DNA from: Longimicrobiales bacterium
GTDB lineage: Bacteria > Gemmatimonadota > Gemmatimonadetes > Longimicrobiales > Gaopeijiaceae
Reading direction: 5' to 3'
DNA: 64,000 nucleotides
NCBI GenBank assembly: GCA_965249725.1
Contig: OZ252251.1
Coordinates: 224,001-288,000, forward strand
The notes under the pieces were generated by a model. It was not told the DNA's origin. It ran no database searches and saw nothing but the letters and a program-made list of their open reading frames with translations. Of this stretch, positions 38,203 through 47,434 are shown piece by piece. A program made the position numbers and the translations under genes. Position 1 is the first letter of the stretch. The number at the start of each line of letters is the position of its first letter.

Positions 38203-38597
38203 AAACACCTCGGGCACAGCCCATTAGCCAAACGCCTTCGCTCTGGTGGCGGCACCACGCCTTCCTCTCGAAGACATCTGGAGAATCCACTCTTCCCCCC
38301 CAAATGGGAGAGCGGATCATCGATCCAGGCCGAACTTCACCAGCTAGACCTCAGGCGCTCGGCGACGATTATCGTTGCCACAGCCTATAGGTATAAGGGG
38401 CCGGCGGCGCCGAACCCCGTAAACGAGGATTCAAGTCCTCGTAGACCTCGTATTATGCCCTTGTACCGTGTGTCCCGCGAGCCTCTGTCCTTCCCCTCCG
38501 AGGCCCGAGAGATGGTCCTACCGCCACTTGTCCGCGACGGGATCAATCGGGGCGTGCTATCCCGCCCCGGAGAAAATCACGGATCCTGCCGGGGGCC

Positions 38598-38627
38598 AGT
38601 ATACCCGGTCCTTCTGAGAACTGTCAA
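38598..38627 (-). promoter_or_regulatory. Near-consensus sigma70 promoter for the USP-to-oxidase operon
   Basis: TTGACA-N18-TATACT on the minus strand. Confidence 0.65.
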
Positions 38628-38682
38628 TAAACCCAAAGGGCCGTCTGGGCTGCGTCGGAAACGCCCATATTAAAGACGGAAA

Positions 38683-39396
38683 TCAGGTCCGTGCACGGAC
38701 CGTCAAATATCGTCCTAGAGCCCCGGTCAAGAGCAGCCCTGCCAGCAGCACCAGGGTCGGAAGGAGGAGGTCCGACGAGGGCCCGGCCCCTCCTGTGCTC
38801 CCGTCTACGTCGAGTAGGCTCTCGTGCAGCGGACGAAACGGAATCCACCGCTCCGCGGCGGCCCCCAGGCTTCCAGGGATCGGTGAACGGAACGTGCCGC
38901 CGACGTGCAGGAGGAGCAGCGCCGAGACTGCCGAAAACAGGGCTCCCTCCGCCACGGATCGCGCTACCGCCGCCGCCCAGGCTCCGAGGAGGTTGGCCGT
39001 GAGGATCGCAGCAGCAAAGGAGAGCAAGAGGACTCCCACCTGCGACGGCGACGCGCCCCGGGCGCCGACGATCAGCACGATGGATGGGATCAACTCCAAT
39101 ACGTCGAGTGCGGCGGATGCGAACACGCGCTGGAGAATGAGCCCACCAGGGTGAGCTCCCGCCAGCGCATATCGTGCGAGCAGGCCTGATTCACCGTCGC
39201 GGATGAGCGGGATGCTCGACCCGAAGGTGCCGAAGAGCGCGAACAGCACCGTAAAGACCGCTGCGGCGTGCGCCGCCGGGGCTGCGCTCAAGGCGATAGG
39301 CGCCACGAGTACCAGTGGAATCATCGTGTTGAGGGCCAGGAGCCGCCTTCGTCGCCCGGCTACGATCCATTCGCTCTTCCAGATGGGAAGGGTCAC
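38683..39396 (-). CDS. ABC-2 type permease
   Basis: ~6 TMs; GTGA-coupled to the ABC ATPase. Confidence 0.75.
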   Translation of the reverse strand: MTLPIWKSEWIVAGRRRRLLALNTMIPLVLVAPIALSAAPAAHAAAVFTVLFALFGTFGSSIPLIRDGESGLLARYALAGAHPGGLILQRVFASAALDVLELIPSIVLIVGARGASPSQVGVLLLSFAAAILTANLLGAWAAAVARSVAEGALFSAVSALLLLHVGGTFRSPIPGSLGAAAERWIPFRPLHESLLDVDGSTGGAGPSSDLLLPTLVLLAGLLLTGALGRYLTVRART

Positions 39397-40343
39397 GCCT
39401 CTGGCCCCCCGTCCCCGGCTCCCCTCATGTCGAGTCCGGTGAGTCGAGTGAAGACATCGGCAAGATCCGGTTCACGCACCTCGACACTCTTGATCTGGCA
39501 GCCTGTGCCCAGGATCGCCTCGGTGAGGCGCGGTAGGACCCCTACGCCGGAGTGGCTCTCAGCCACGATGCGGCCTGGAAGCACGGTCACCTCCACCTGA
39601 CCCGTCCCGTCCAGCTTGATCTCGGAGGGGGTCTCTCCCGACAACTGAAACTCGATCCGGGTCGCGCCGCGCAGCTCCTCGAGGAGTTCGGCCGTGGAGC
39701 CCTGCGCCACGATCTCACCCTCCGATAGAAATACCACGCGCGTGGCGAGGCGTTGGGCCAGAGCGGGCTCGTTGGTTGCCACGAGCGTGCAGGCACCGGC
39801 CCGAGAGCGCTCCTCCAGGATCGACACCAGGGCGGACTGGGACGGCGGGTCGAGTGCGAGGGCCGGCTCGTCCAGAACCAGCAACTCGGGCTGGTGGGCG
39901 AGGGCTTCGACCAACAACAGCTTCCTTCTCATCCCGTAGGAGTACTCGGCCACCGGAACGTCGCGTACGTGCTCCAGGCCGAATGCCGTGAACAGCGGTG
40001 CCAGAGCGGCGTTGGCCTCGTCCTGCCCGAGCCCGTAGAGCTCTCCAAACAGGGCAGCGTTCTCCAGCCCGGTGAGCGCGTCCACATGTACGGGCTCGTC
40101 CTGCATGACGCCGAGTCGCCGTCGGACTTCCCGTGGAACTGCACGGTGACTCTCGCCGAAGAGGAGTAGTTGGCCGGGGCGCGAGGGAAGTGCGGTGGAT
40201 ATCAGACTCAGAAGGGTGCTCTTACCCGAGCCGTTCGGGCCCATGGCCACCAGGCGCTCGCCCGGGTCGCCCGCCAGCGAAACGTTCCGGAGGCCGAGCC
40301 GCCCCGAGGGATACGTGTATCCGAGTTCCCTGGCCTCGAACAA
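39393..40343 (-). CDS. ABC transporter ATP-binding protein
   Basis: GPNGSGKST, YSYGMRRK, LLVLDEP; TTG start 40343 behind GAGGAG. Confidence 0.9.
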   Translation of the reverse strand: MFEARELGYTYPSGRLGLRNVSLAGDPGERLVAMGPNGSGKSTLLSLISTALPSRPGQLLLFGESHRAVPREVRRRLGVMQDEPVHVDALTGLENAALFGELYGLGQDEANAALAPLFTAFGLEHVRDVPVAEYSYGMRRKLLLVEALAHQPELLVLDEPALALDPPSQSALVSILEERSRAGACTLVATNEPALAQRLATRVVFLSEGEIVAQGSTAELLEELRGATRIEFQLSGETPSEIKLDGTGQVEVTVLPGRIVAESHSGVGVLPRLTEAILGTGCQIKSVEVREPDLADVFTRLTGLDMRGAGDGGPEA

Positions 40344-40345
40344 GC

Positions 40346-40855
40346 CTACATCTCCTCCAAGCCCAGCTCGGTCCGGGCCCGGTTCATGGTGTCGGGCGTC
40401 ATCTCGGCCACCCCGTTCTCCTTGGCCCAGTCGATGTAGATCCGCTTCACCATGCCCCGTACGAAGCTCGGGACCTTCTCCAGGCGCTCCTTCGCTTCTG
40501 GGCTCCACCCGACCGATTGGCCGGGTTGCAGGGTCGGCTCGACTTCCGGGGATTGCTCGCCTCCCGCGGATTGCTCGGACGGCTGCCTGGGGATGTCTCC
40601 CGAGATATCGAAAGCCTCTTCTCTTCCACCCTCCAGAGACGTGCGCACCATTTCCATGGGCTGCGTGGGAACCCCCCGACCGCCGATCTTCACACCCAAG
40701 CTCGATACGAGCTGCGTCTCCATCGGGTTCGTGAGCATCGCCACTTCCCGACCGCAGGAGCCGCAGCTGAAAACCGCGGTGAGCGTGCCGTCGCCGGGAA
40801 GCTGTCGCTCGGCGAAATCCATTACGTCGTCACATTCGAGACAGAGGAACTTCAT
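40346..40855 (-). CDS. Zn-ribbon (CxxC...CxxC) plus PCP_red-like domain protein
   Basis: MKFLCLEC...FSCGSC..MLTNPMETQLVSSLGVKIGG; C-terminal WSPEAKERLEKVPSFVRGMV. Confidence 0.8.
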   Translation of the reverse strand: MKFLCLECDDVMDFAERQLPGDGTLTAVFSCGSCGREVAMLTNPMETQLVSSLGVKIGGRGVPTQPMEMVRTSLEGGREEAFDISGDIPRQPSEQSAGGEQSPEVEPTLQPGQSVGWSPEAKERLEKVPSFVRGMVKRIYIDWAKENGVAEMTPDTMNRARTELGLEEM

Positions 40856-41751
40856 CGCGCACTTCCCTCCGCTGCGGCGACGACTCTGTCTGCGAGGGCG
40901 AACAGTGCGCGGCTGGAGGCCGCCTCGGGATCGTCCTTCATCAGGGACGACCCGAGGTCCGTGGCGGCTCCGAGTCGAGCGTCGAACGGGATGTCCGCCC
41001 AGAGCGGCACATCAGACTCTTCGGCCAGGCGCCGCGCACCGTCACCGAGGAACAGCTGGGACGTGTGACCACAGGACGGGCAGACGTGCTCCGTCATGTT
41101 CGCCACCAGGGCCACCGTCGGGACTTCCGCCTCTCGCGCCATCCGCACGGACTTCGACACGACGAAGCGTGCGGTCTCCGACGGGATCGTCACGAGGAGC
41201 ATCTGGTGGAGGCCCGGGACCAGCTCCAGAAGCCGCGCGATCTTGTCTGTTCCAGGCGGTACGTCCACCAGGAGAACGTCCAGGTCACCCCAGGCCACGT
41301 CGCCCAGAAACTCCCTGAGGACGCCGGTCTCCATCGCGCTCTGCCAGATGAACCGGCCGGTCGACGGCTCACGCCAGCGAAGCGGCGCGTCCTCGTCTTG
41401 CTGGAGCAGCTCCATGGACATGACCCGGACGCCGCTGGGGCTCAGGGCCGGCTCCACGCCCTCCGATCCATCGACGAGGTGCGCGCCGGACACCCCGAGC
41501 ATCCTTCCCAACGAGGGGCCGTTCAGGTCCGCGTCCGCCGCTCCGACCTCCAGTCCCCGCCCGGCGAGCGCCACGGCCAGGTTCGCGGTGACGGCGCTCT
41601 TGCCCACGCCGCCCTTGCCGCTGGCTACGGCCACCACAGACCCTACGCCGGCGAGCCGGGCCGCGAGACGTTGTTGTTGCTCGACTACCTGCTCGAGGAG
41701 CTGGGAGCCCGTCTCGTGGGTGACCTCTCGGTAGGTTCGAATCTTCCGCAT
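40852..41751 (-). CDS. Mrp/NBP35 (ApbC) family Fe-S carrier ATPase
   Basis: SGKGGVGKS, DADLNGPS, WGDLDVLLVDVPPGT, NM..VCPSCG. Confidence 0.9.
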   Translation of the reverse strand: MRKIRTYREVTHETGSQLLEQVVEQQQRLAARLAGVGSVVAVASGKGGVGKSAVTANLAVALAGRGLEVGAADADLNGPSLGRMLGVSGAHLVDGSEGVEPALSPSGVRVMSMELLQQDEDAPLRWREPSTGRFIWQSAMETGVLREFLGDVAWGDLDVLLVDVPPGTDKIARLLELVPGLHQMLLVTIPSETARFVVSKSVRMAREAEVPTVALVANMTEHVCPSCGHTSQLFLGDGARRLAEESDVPLWADIPFDARLGAATDLGSSLMKDDPEAASSRALFALADRVVAAAEGSAR

Positions 41752-41773
41752 CGGATCGGTAGCAATCGTCGGA

Positions 41774-42019
41774 CTAGGGGACGAGCTGGGTGCCCTCCCC
41801 ATCAAGGGCCACGAGCGCGTCGACCGGACAGGATGAGCAGGCATCCAGCAGCGCCTCTTTGTCCACGTCCGGATTGCCCTCCTTGAAGACGGCGATGCCC
41901 TCGTCATCGAACTCGAACACATCAGGGGTCACGTCAATACAGTCGCCGAATCCTACGCAGAGATCTCGCTCGATCTTGATCGTGAGACCGGACAGAGGGC
42001 GCTCGGAAATATTGCTCAA
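41774..42019 (-). CDS. Ferredoxin (probably [3Fe-4S])
   Basis: CVGFGDC...PDVF...CPVDAL; second Cys position is F. Start uncertain. Confidence 0.85.
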   Translation of the reverse strand: MSNISERPLSGLTIKIERDLCVGFGDCIDVTPDVFEFDDEGIAVFKEGNPDVDKEALLDACSSCPVDALVALDGEGTQLVP

Positions 42020-42194
42020 TGCAGCTTCAGCCGGAGATGGGGGCGAGGGGTCTGCCCTTGCGGGTGCCAAGGGGACGTAAACGTGTTCGGGGCGCGCGAG
42101 GTGGGCAAGGGGGCGATGCGTGATCGATTCGGAGAACACACCTAGGGTGTCGGGGGCCCCTCAGATCGTGGGGCAGGCCCCGGCCTCCGGCGAA

Positions 42195-43055
42195 TCATGC
42201 CTCCCCGGGTGGTAGCACGAGGCTGCCTTCCCCGACCGTTACCGCATGTCCGATCAGGTTGACCCGGTCGCCGTCGACTCGCACACGCAGTTGGCCCCGG
42301 CGACTTCCGCCCTGTCGAGCCGTGAATTCGGATCGTCCGAGCACTCCTGTCCAGTAGGGTCCGAGGGCCGTGTGGGCCACTCCGGTCACGGGATCCTCGT
42401 CGATGCCGGCCCACACGGCGAAGACCCGCGAGGCGACGTCAGGGGCGGTAGAGCCTTCGGCTTCTGCGTCCGAACCGGCTGCATCCGGTGCCGTGACCGA
42501 CAACACCATCACGTCGTTTCCCAGGTGGATGTCCCGCAACGTCGAGAAGTTTGGCGTGATCGCATCTACGATGTCGGGGCTGGTTACGTGGACGATGTAG
42601 TTGAAAGCACCCGACAGTGACGAGACCGCGTCCGTCAGCCCGAGCGCTGCCAATACGGCATCGTCGTGCTCGACCTCCGTGCACTCGTCCGAAGGGAAGT
42701 CGAGGCGGAGGGCTCCGTCGGGCTCACCGTGCACGAACAGGGAGCCACTCGCGGACCCGAAATGGTACGAAGGGGTGTGGCCCAGCGACCGGAGCACGTG
42801 GGAGGTAGCCAGTGTGGCATGGCCGCACAGAGGCACTTCGGTCATCGGCGTGAACCAACGCAGCCGGCGGACACCGGAGGCATCGGGAGCCTCGACGAAG
42901 GCGGTCTCCGACAGGTTCATCTCACGGGCCACGGTCTGCATGGCCTGGGCACTCAACGGCTGCTCGACCACGCAGACGGCCGCGGGGTTCCCCTGAAAGG
43001 GCACCTCCGTGAAGGCGTCGACGACGTGGTAGGAGATTCTCTCTTCGCTAGTCAT
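42195..43055 (-). CDS. PhzF family isomerase
   Basis: VDAFT..F.GNPAAV, NLSETAF, EVPLCGHATLA, EDPVTG. Confidence 0.92.
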   Translation of the reverse strand: MTSEERISYHVVDAFTEVPFQGNPAAVCVVEQPLSAQAMQTVAREMNLSETAFVEAPDASGVRRLRWFTPMTEVPLCGHATLATSHVLRSLGHTPSYHFGSASGSLFVHGEPDGALRLDFPSDECTEVEHDDAVLAALGLTDAVSSLSGAFNYIVHVTSPDIVDAITPNFSTLRDIHLGNDVMVLSVTAPDAAGSDAEAEGSTAPDVASRVFAVWAGIDEDPVTGVAHTALGPYWTGVLGRSEFTARQGGSRRGQLRVRVDGDRVNLIGHAVTVGEGSLVLPPGEA

Positions 43056-43124
43056 ACCGGCTCTCGGGAAGTTACTGGTGGGGCCACACTCTTTACGGGG
43101 AATCGCCTGCGGCCGCTCGTCGAC

Positions 43125-44423
43125 CTAGGCGATATTGCGCCGCTTCCGCCGCATGAAGTCCATCATGATGTACTGCCCGAGCGTCTGGGTTGACGTGAAG
43201 TAGGCCTTTCCCCGGGCGATCTCCGACACCTTCTGAACGAACTGCACGAGGTAGGGGTCCTGGGCCAGCATGAACGTGTTGATCAGGATCCCTGATCGAC
43301 GGCACGCCGAAACTTCCTTGAACGTCTCTTTCAGGATGTGCTGGTCCATGCCGCCCGAGTTCATGTAGATCTGCCCGTCGGGCATGGTGATGGCGCTCGG
43401 CTTTCCGTCGGTGATCATGATGATCTGCCGCATGTCCTTCTTCTGCGCCTTCAAGATGTTGCGGGCCAACAGGAGCCCGCCGGCGGTGTTGGTGTGGAAT
43501 GGACCGACCTGCGCTTTGCCCAACTGGCTGAGCGGGATCTCCTCGGCCGTGTCACCGAACGTCACGACGTTCAACGAATCGCCGGGGAACTGCGTGCGGA
43601 TGAGATGAGATAGGGCCAGCGCCACCCGCTTGGCGGGCGTGAAGCGGTCCTCCCCGTACAGGATCATGGAGTGGGAGATGTCGAGCATGAGAACCGTGGC
43701 GCATGACGAGCGATACTCGGTCTGGTGCACCATCAGGTCCTCGTAGTCCAAGTCGAGCGGGACGCCGATTCCCTCGCGCTCGATGGCGTTCTTGAGTGTC
43801 GCCGGGACGTCGAGGTTGAGAGTGTCGCCGAACTCGTAAGGCTTGCTCGAGGCGTCCGCTTCGACGCCCGTCGCCAGGAGGGGCGTCTCGTGTGAACCGA
43901 GGCTGGACTGACCCACCGCGGAGAGGAGGTTTCGGAGAGCCTTGTACCCGAGAAAGTCCACGCCCTTCTGGGTGAGGTTGAACTGCACCGACTGGGCCGC
44001 TTCCTTCGCCTCGTCGATGTCTCCCATCCCCGTAACGTCCTGCACAGCCCCCGGCATGGACGGGGTGCCGTCCTGCAACGTGATGTACCCCTCGTCGACC
44101 ATGCGCTGAACGAGGTCGTCCAGGAGATCGGCGATCTGCTGCTGTACGGCCTCGTCGCCTTGGCCCTCTCCGCGGAGCTCGTCGATCATCTCCGGCGTGA
44201 GTTCTCCGCTCTCGATGAGCGCCTTCAAGAGGGCGTTCTTGAGCGAGTCGGTGGAGTCGGTGTCCTCCAGGCCGGACCATCCCCAATACGGGTGATAGTT
44301 GGGTCCACCCGCGAATCCCCCGTCCATCAGGAAGTCCGAGAGGAACTCCATGAGGTTCTCGAGATTGAGGGCGTCGAGCCAACGGCCCCGATACTTGGCG
44401 TAGGTCGTGAAACGCATGATCAC
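43125..44423 (-). CDS. VWA domain protein (partner of the chelatase-like ATPase)
   Basis: PYEFGD, MIDAS motif LDISHSM, TNT, ITDGKPS. Confidence 0.9.
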   Translation of the reverse strand: MIMRFTTYAKYRGRWLDALNLENLMEFLSDFLMDGGFAGGPNYHPYWGWSGLEDTDSTDSLKNALLKALIESGELTPEMIDELRGEGQGDEAVQQQIADLLDDLVQRMVDEGYITLQDGTPSMPGAVQDVTGMGDIDEAKEAAQSVQFNLTQKGVDFLGYKALRNLLSAVGQSSLGSHETPLLATGVEADASSKPYEFGDTLNLDVPATLKNAIEREGIGVPLDLDYEDLMVHQTEYRSSCATVLMLDISHSMILYGEDRFTPAKRVALALSHLIRTQFPGDSLNVVTFGDTAEEIPLSQLGKAQVGPFHTNTAGGLLLARNILKAQKKDMRQIIMITDGKPSAITMPDGQIYMNSGGMDQHILKETFKEVSACRRSGILINTFMLAQDPYLVQFVQKVSEIARGKAYFTSTQTLGQYIMMDFMRRKRRNIA

Positions 44424-44446
44424 ATCAGGCGAGAGAGAGGTTGCTT

Positions 44447-44524
44447 CACTACAAGTGCTCCACTACAAGGGCTCCACTACAAGTGCTCCACGACAAGTGC
44501 TCCACGACAAGTGCTCCACGACAA
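44447..44524. repeat. 14-bp tandem repeat, ~5.6 copies
   Basis: Unit CAC(T/G)ACAAG(T/G)GCTC, head to tail without spacers, in the intergenic region. Confidence 0.92.
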
Positions 44525-44616
44525 CAAGAGTAGTGGAGGCCGGAAGCGGCGGCCAATGACTTCATACACGGGTCGCCGTGTGGCTGGTCCCCAGGGCCTC
44601 GCCTACGTTGACGGCT

Positions 44617-45765
44617 ATGAGCAAGACACCCGACCTCGCTTCCATGCGCCGAGAACTCCTCACGCACTTCGACGCGCACCGGCGGGATCTTCCGTGGCGG
44701 GACAGTGCAGACCCTTATGGCGTTTGGGTCTCGGAGATCATGCTTCAACAGACCCGCGTGGAGACGGCCGCTCCCTATTTCATCCGGTGGATGGAGCGCT
44801 TTCCGTCGGTAGCCGCCTTGGCCGATGCGGACGAGGAAGAGGTGCTCAAGGTTTGGGAAGGCCTGGGGTACTACACCCGCGCCCGCAACATCCATCGCTC
44901 CGCACGTATCGTGCGGGAACGCCTCAACGGTGTAATCCCGAAGGACTCGGGGAGCCTGAGGGAATTGCCGGGCATCGGTGAGTATAGCGCTGGAGCGATC
45001 GCGAGCATCTCCTACGGAGAGGCGGTGCCGGCGGTGGACGGCAACGCCCGGCGGGTGATCTCCCGACTCTTCGATCTGGCCGACCCGTCGGCGGCCGAGC
45101 TTCAGGCAACAGCTACCGCGATCCTCGAGCCGCATCGCCCCGGCGACTGGAACCAGGCGATCATGGAGTTGGGGGCGACCCTATGCTTGCCCCGGTCTCC
45201 GCGTTGTGGGGAGTGCCCGATCTCTCGGCATTGCGGGGCACGTGCGTGTGGGATGCAGGAGTCCAGGCCGATCGCCAAACGCCGGGCTCGTGTGCGGCAG
45301 GCCTCGTTCGCGGTGCTCGTAGCGGCTCGGGACACCGAGCTTCTTCTACGGCGGAGGCCGTCGAAGGGGCTTCTGGGTGGGCTTTGGGAATTTCCATCGG
45401 TGGAGATGGCTACCGGGGAGGGGTGGGAGGAAGCATGCTTCGGGGTGGCCGAAACTCTCGGAATGAAGCTGCCGGAGAAGGGAATAGCGCCGAGGCGCTT
45501 GGGAGCCGTGAAGCACGTCTTCAGCCACTTGAAGGCAGTCTACCGCCCATTGCTCGTGACCGTGGTGGCCCCGGATTCGCCGGCAGCCGAAGCGGAACCC
45601 GAGCCGGAACCCAAGCCGGAACCCGAGCCGAAGCCCGAGCCGACGGACGGCGCTGAGCGTTGGATGCGCCCCGACCAGCTGTCTTCTCTACCCCTTCCGG
45701 TGGCTCAGCAGAAGATCCTCGCCTTGGCGCGAGCGGAGATGAGCGACGCCCCGGTGCCGGGCTAG
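44617..45765 (+). CDS. mutY: A/G-specific adenine glycosylase
   Basis: RDLPWR, WVSEIMLQQTRV, WEGLGYY.RARN, LPGIG.Y, VDGN, C-x6-C-x2-C-x5-C Fe-S motif, GLWEFP. Confidence 0.95.
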   Translation: MSKTPDLASMRRELLTHFDAHRRDLPWRDSADPYGVWVSEIMLQQTRVETAAPYFIRWMERFPSVAALADADEEEVLKVWEGLGYYTRARNIHRSARIVRERLNGVIPKDSGSLRELPGIGEYSAGAIASISYGEAVPAVDGNARRVISRLFDLADPSAAELQATATAILEPHRPGDWNQAIMELGATLCLPRSPRCGECPISRHCGARACGMQESRPIAKRRARVRQASFAVLVAARDTELLLRRRPSKGLLGGLWEFPSVEMATGEGWEEACFGVAETLGMKLPEKGIAPRRLGAVKHVFSHLKAVYRPLLVTVVAPDSPAAEAEPEPEPKPEPEPKPEPTDGAERWMRPDQLSSLPLPVAQQKILALARAEMSDAPVPG

Positions 45766-47231
45766 AGGTCGACGCCTCCGAAGGGATCGAATCCCTTGTA
45801 GCCCTTTCCGGGCGAGGGTTCCTGACGAGCCCGAGAGTATCCGCCGCCGCTGGAGCGGCTGATCCGCTTCTCCGCTACCAAGGCTTCAAGGACCAGCTCA
45901 CAGGCTCCGACCCGGCATCCGTCCGACGACGACTTGGGTGCCAACCCGACGTGCTCTACGAGGTTCAAGAGTCCAGGCACCACCTCGAAGCCCTTTACGC
46001 ACGCATCGGCCGAGCTGTCCGCACCCACCTGCAGGGCCCCGCCCATCTCGAAGTACTCGACGATCTCCTCGACGTCCGCTCCACCGGCACGGGTCTGGAA
46101 CACCTCGTTGGCCGCAGCGCTGATCAACTCTTTGGCGATGCGGTCCGAGCCGTGCAGTTCGCCCTCGTACTCGAGCTCGATCTTGCCGGTGATGGCCGGA
46201 AGGGATCCGTAGATGTCGCTGAGACGCGGAACCGCCCGCTCCTCCTTCAGCGTGAGGGCCCGCCGCTCCGCCGAGGAGACCACGCTCTCCAGGACGGTGA
46301 TTGGCATGCGTTGGCTGACGCCCGAGCGCTGGTCGATGCGCTTGTCGTTCCGTCCCAGGAAGGCAATGCGCTCCACGACCTCGGCGAGAAACTCCGGAAC
46401 CTCGATATCGATGCAGCCGCGATCGACCCATGCCTCCTGCCCGGTGATATCCATGCCGGTGGACACCTCGACCGGGTAGTGTGTGCGGATCTCCGCCCCG
46501 ATGCGGTCCTTCAGCGGCGTGATGATCTTTCCCCGGGCCGTGTAGTCCTCCGGGTTGGCGGTGAAGACAAGGAATACGTCCAGGGGCAGCCGGATCGGAT
46601 AGCCCTTCACCTGCACGTCCCCCTCCTGGAGGATGTTGAAGAGTCCGACCTGGATCTTGCCCGCCAGATCCGGGAGCTCGTTCACTGCGAATATGCCACG
46701 ATTGGCTCTGGGGAGGAGGCCGTAGTGAATGGTCAGTTCGTCGGCCAGGATGTGACCGCCCCGGGCGGCCTTGATGGGATCCACATCGCCCACGATGTCC
46801 GCGATCGTCACGTCGGGCGTAGCGAGCTTCTCGACGAATCGGTAGTCGCGGGTGATCCACGCGATGGGCGCATCGTCTCCCTCGGCTTCTAGCACGCCGC
46901 GGGCGTACTTGGAAATGGGCCGTAGGGGGTCGTCGTTGATTTCGCTCCCCGCCAAAATGGGCATCTCGTCATCGAGTAGTTCCACGAGCTGTCGGAGGAT
47001 CCGGCTCTTCGCCTGACCCCGGAGCCCGAGAAGAATGAAGTCGTGCCGGGCCAGAATCGCGTTCACGATCTGGGGAACCACGCTGTCGTCGAACCCGACG
47101 ATGCCCGGGAAGAGTGTCTCTCCCCCCTGGAGCTTCGCGATCAGGTTGCTTCTCAGCTCGTCCTTGACGCTGCGGGGCTTGTAGCCTGCCGCCTTCAACT
47201 CTCGGACGGTGCGGGGTCGGCTCGATGTCAT
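45762..47231 (-). CDS. Mg-chelatase-like AAA+ ATPase
   Basis: GLRGQAKSR, EKLATPD, NELPDL, TANPEDYT.RG.IITPLKDR. Confidence 0.88.
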   Translation of the reverse strand: MTSSRPRTVRELKAAGYKPRSVKDELRSNLIAKLQGGETLFPGIVGFDDSVVPQIVNAILARHDFILLGLRGQAKSRILRQLVELLDDEMPILAGSEINDDPLRPISKYARGVLEAEGDDAPIAWITRDYRFVEKLATPDVTIADIVGDVDPIKAARGGHILADELTIHYGLLPRANRGIFAVNELPDLAGKIQVGLFNILQEGDVQVKGYPIRLPLDVFLVFTANPEDYTARGKIITPLKDRIGAEIRTHYPVEVSTGMDITGQEAWVDRGCIDIEVPEFLAEVVERIAFLGRNDKRIDQRSGVSQRMPITVLESVVSSAERRALTLKEERAVPRLSDIYGSLPAITGKIELEYEGELHGSDRIAKELISAAANEVFQTRAGGADVEEIVEYFEMGGALQVGADSSADACVKGFEVVPGLLNLVEHVGLAPKSSSDGCRVGACELVLEALVAEKRISRSSGGGYSRARQEPSPGKGYKGFDPFGGVDL

Positions 47232-47434
47232 GCCAGATTCTCGTCCTGGGTCAGGTGTGCGACTGCCAGTGCCGTAGTGATCACGGTGAGGCGCCGAGGT
47301 GAGGCGCCAATGGTCGACGCGCCGAGGGTTGAGGGCCCGACGCGAGCGGTTAGGATACACTGGGCCGATCCAACGGATCCAGAGCCAATGATGGCCGTCC
47401 TCGTCAGGGGGCCAGACCGATAGAAGGAGCCAGC

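Noticed and set aside
38423..38442. tRNA T-arm-like GGATTCAAGTCC
   Set aside because: No G53-C61 pair, acceptor stem or anticodon arm; it is a simple palindrome.
38119..38673. 184-aa plus-strand ORF
   Set aside because: No recognisable motif; overlaps the USP start and the minus-strand promoter.
44447..44524. Possible CRISPR array
   Set aside because: 14-bp units are contiguous with no unique spacers, and no cas genes are in the window.
34697..47231. Phototrophy (PCP_red-like domains plus a 'Mg-chelatase' ATPase)
   Set aside because: No bch/chl catalytic genes; the ATPase/VWA pair is the generic chelatase-like type.
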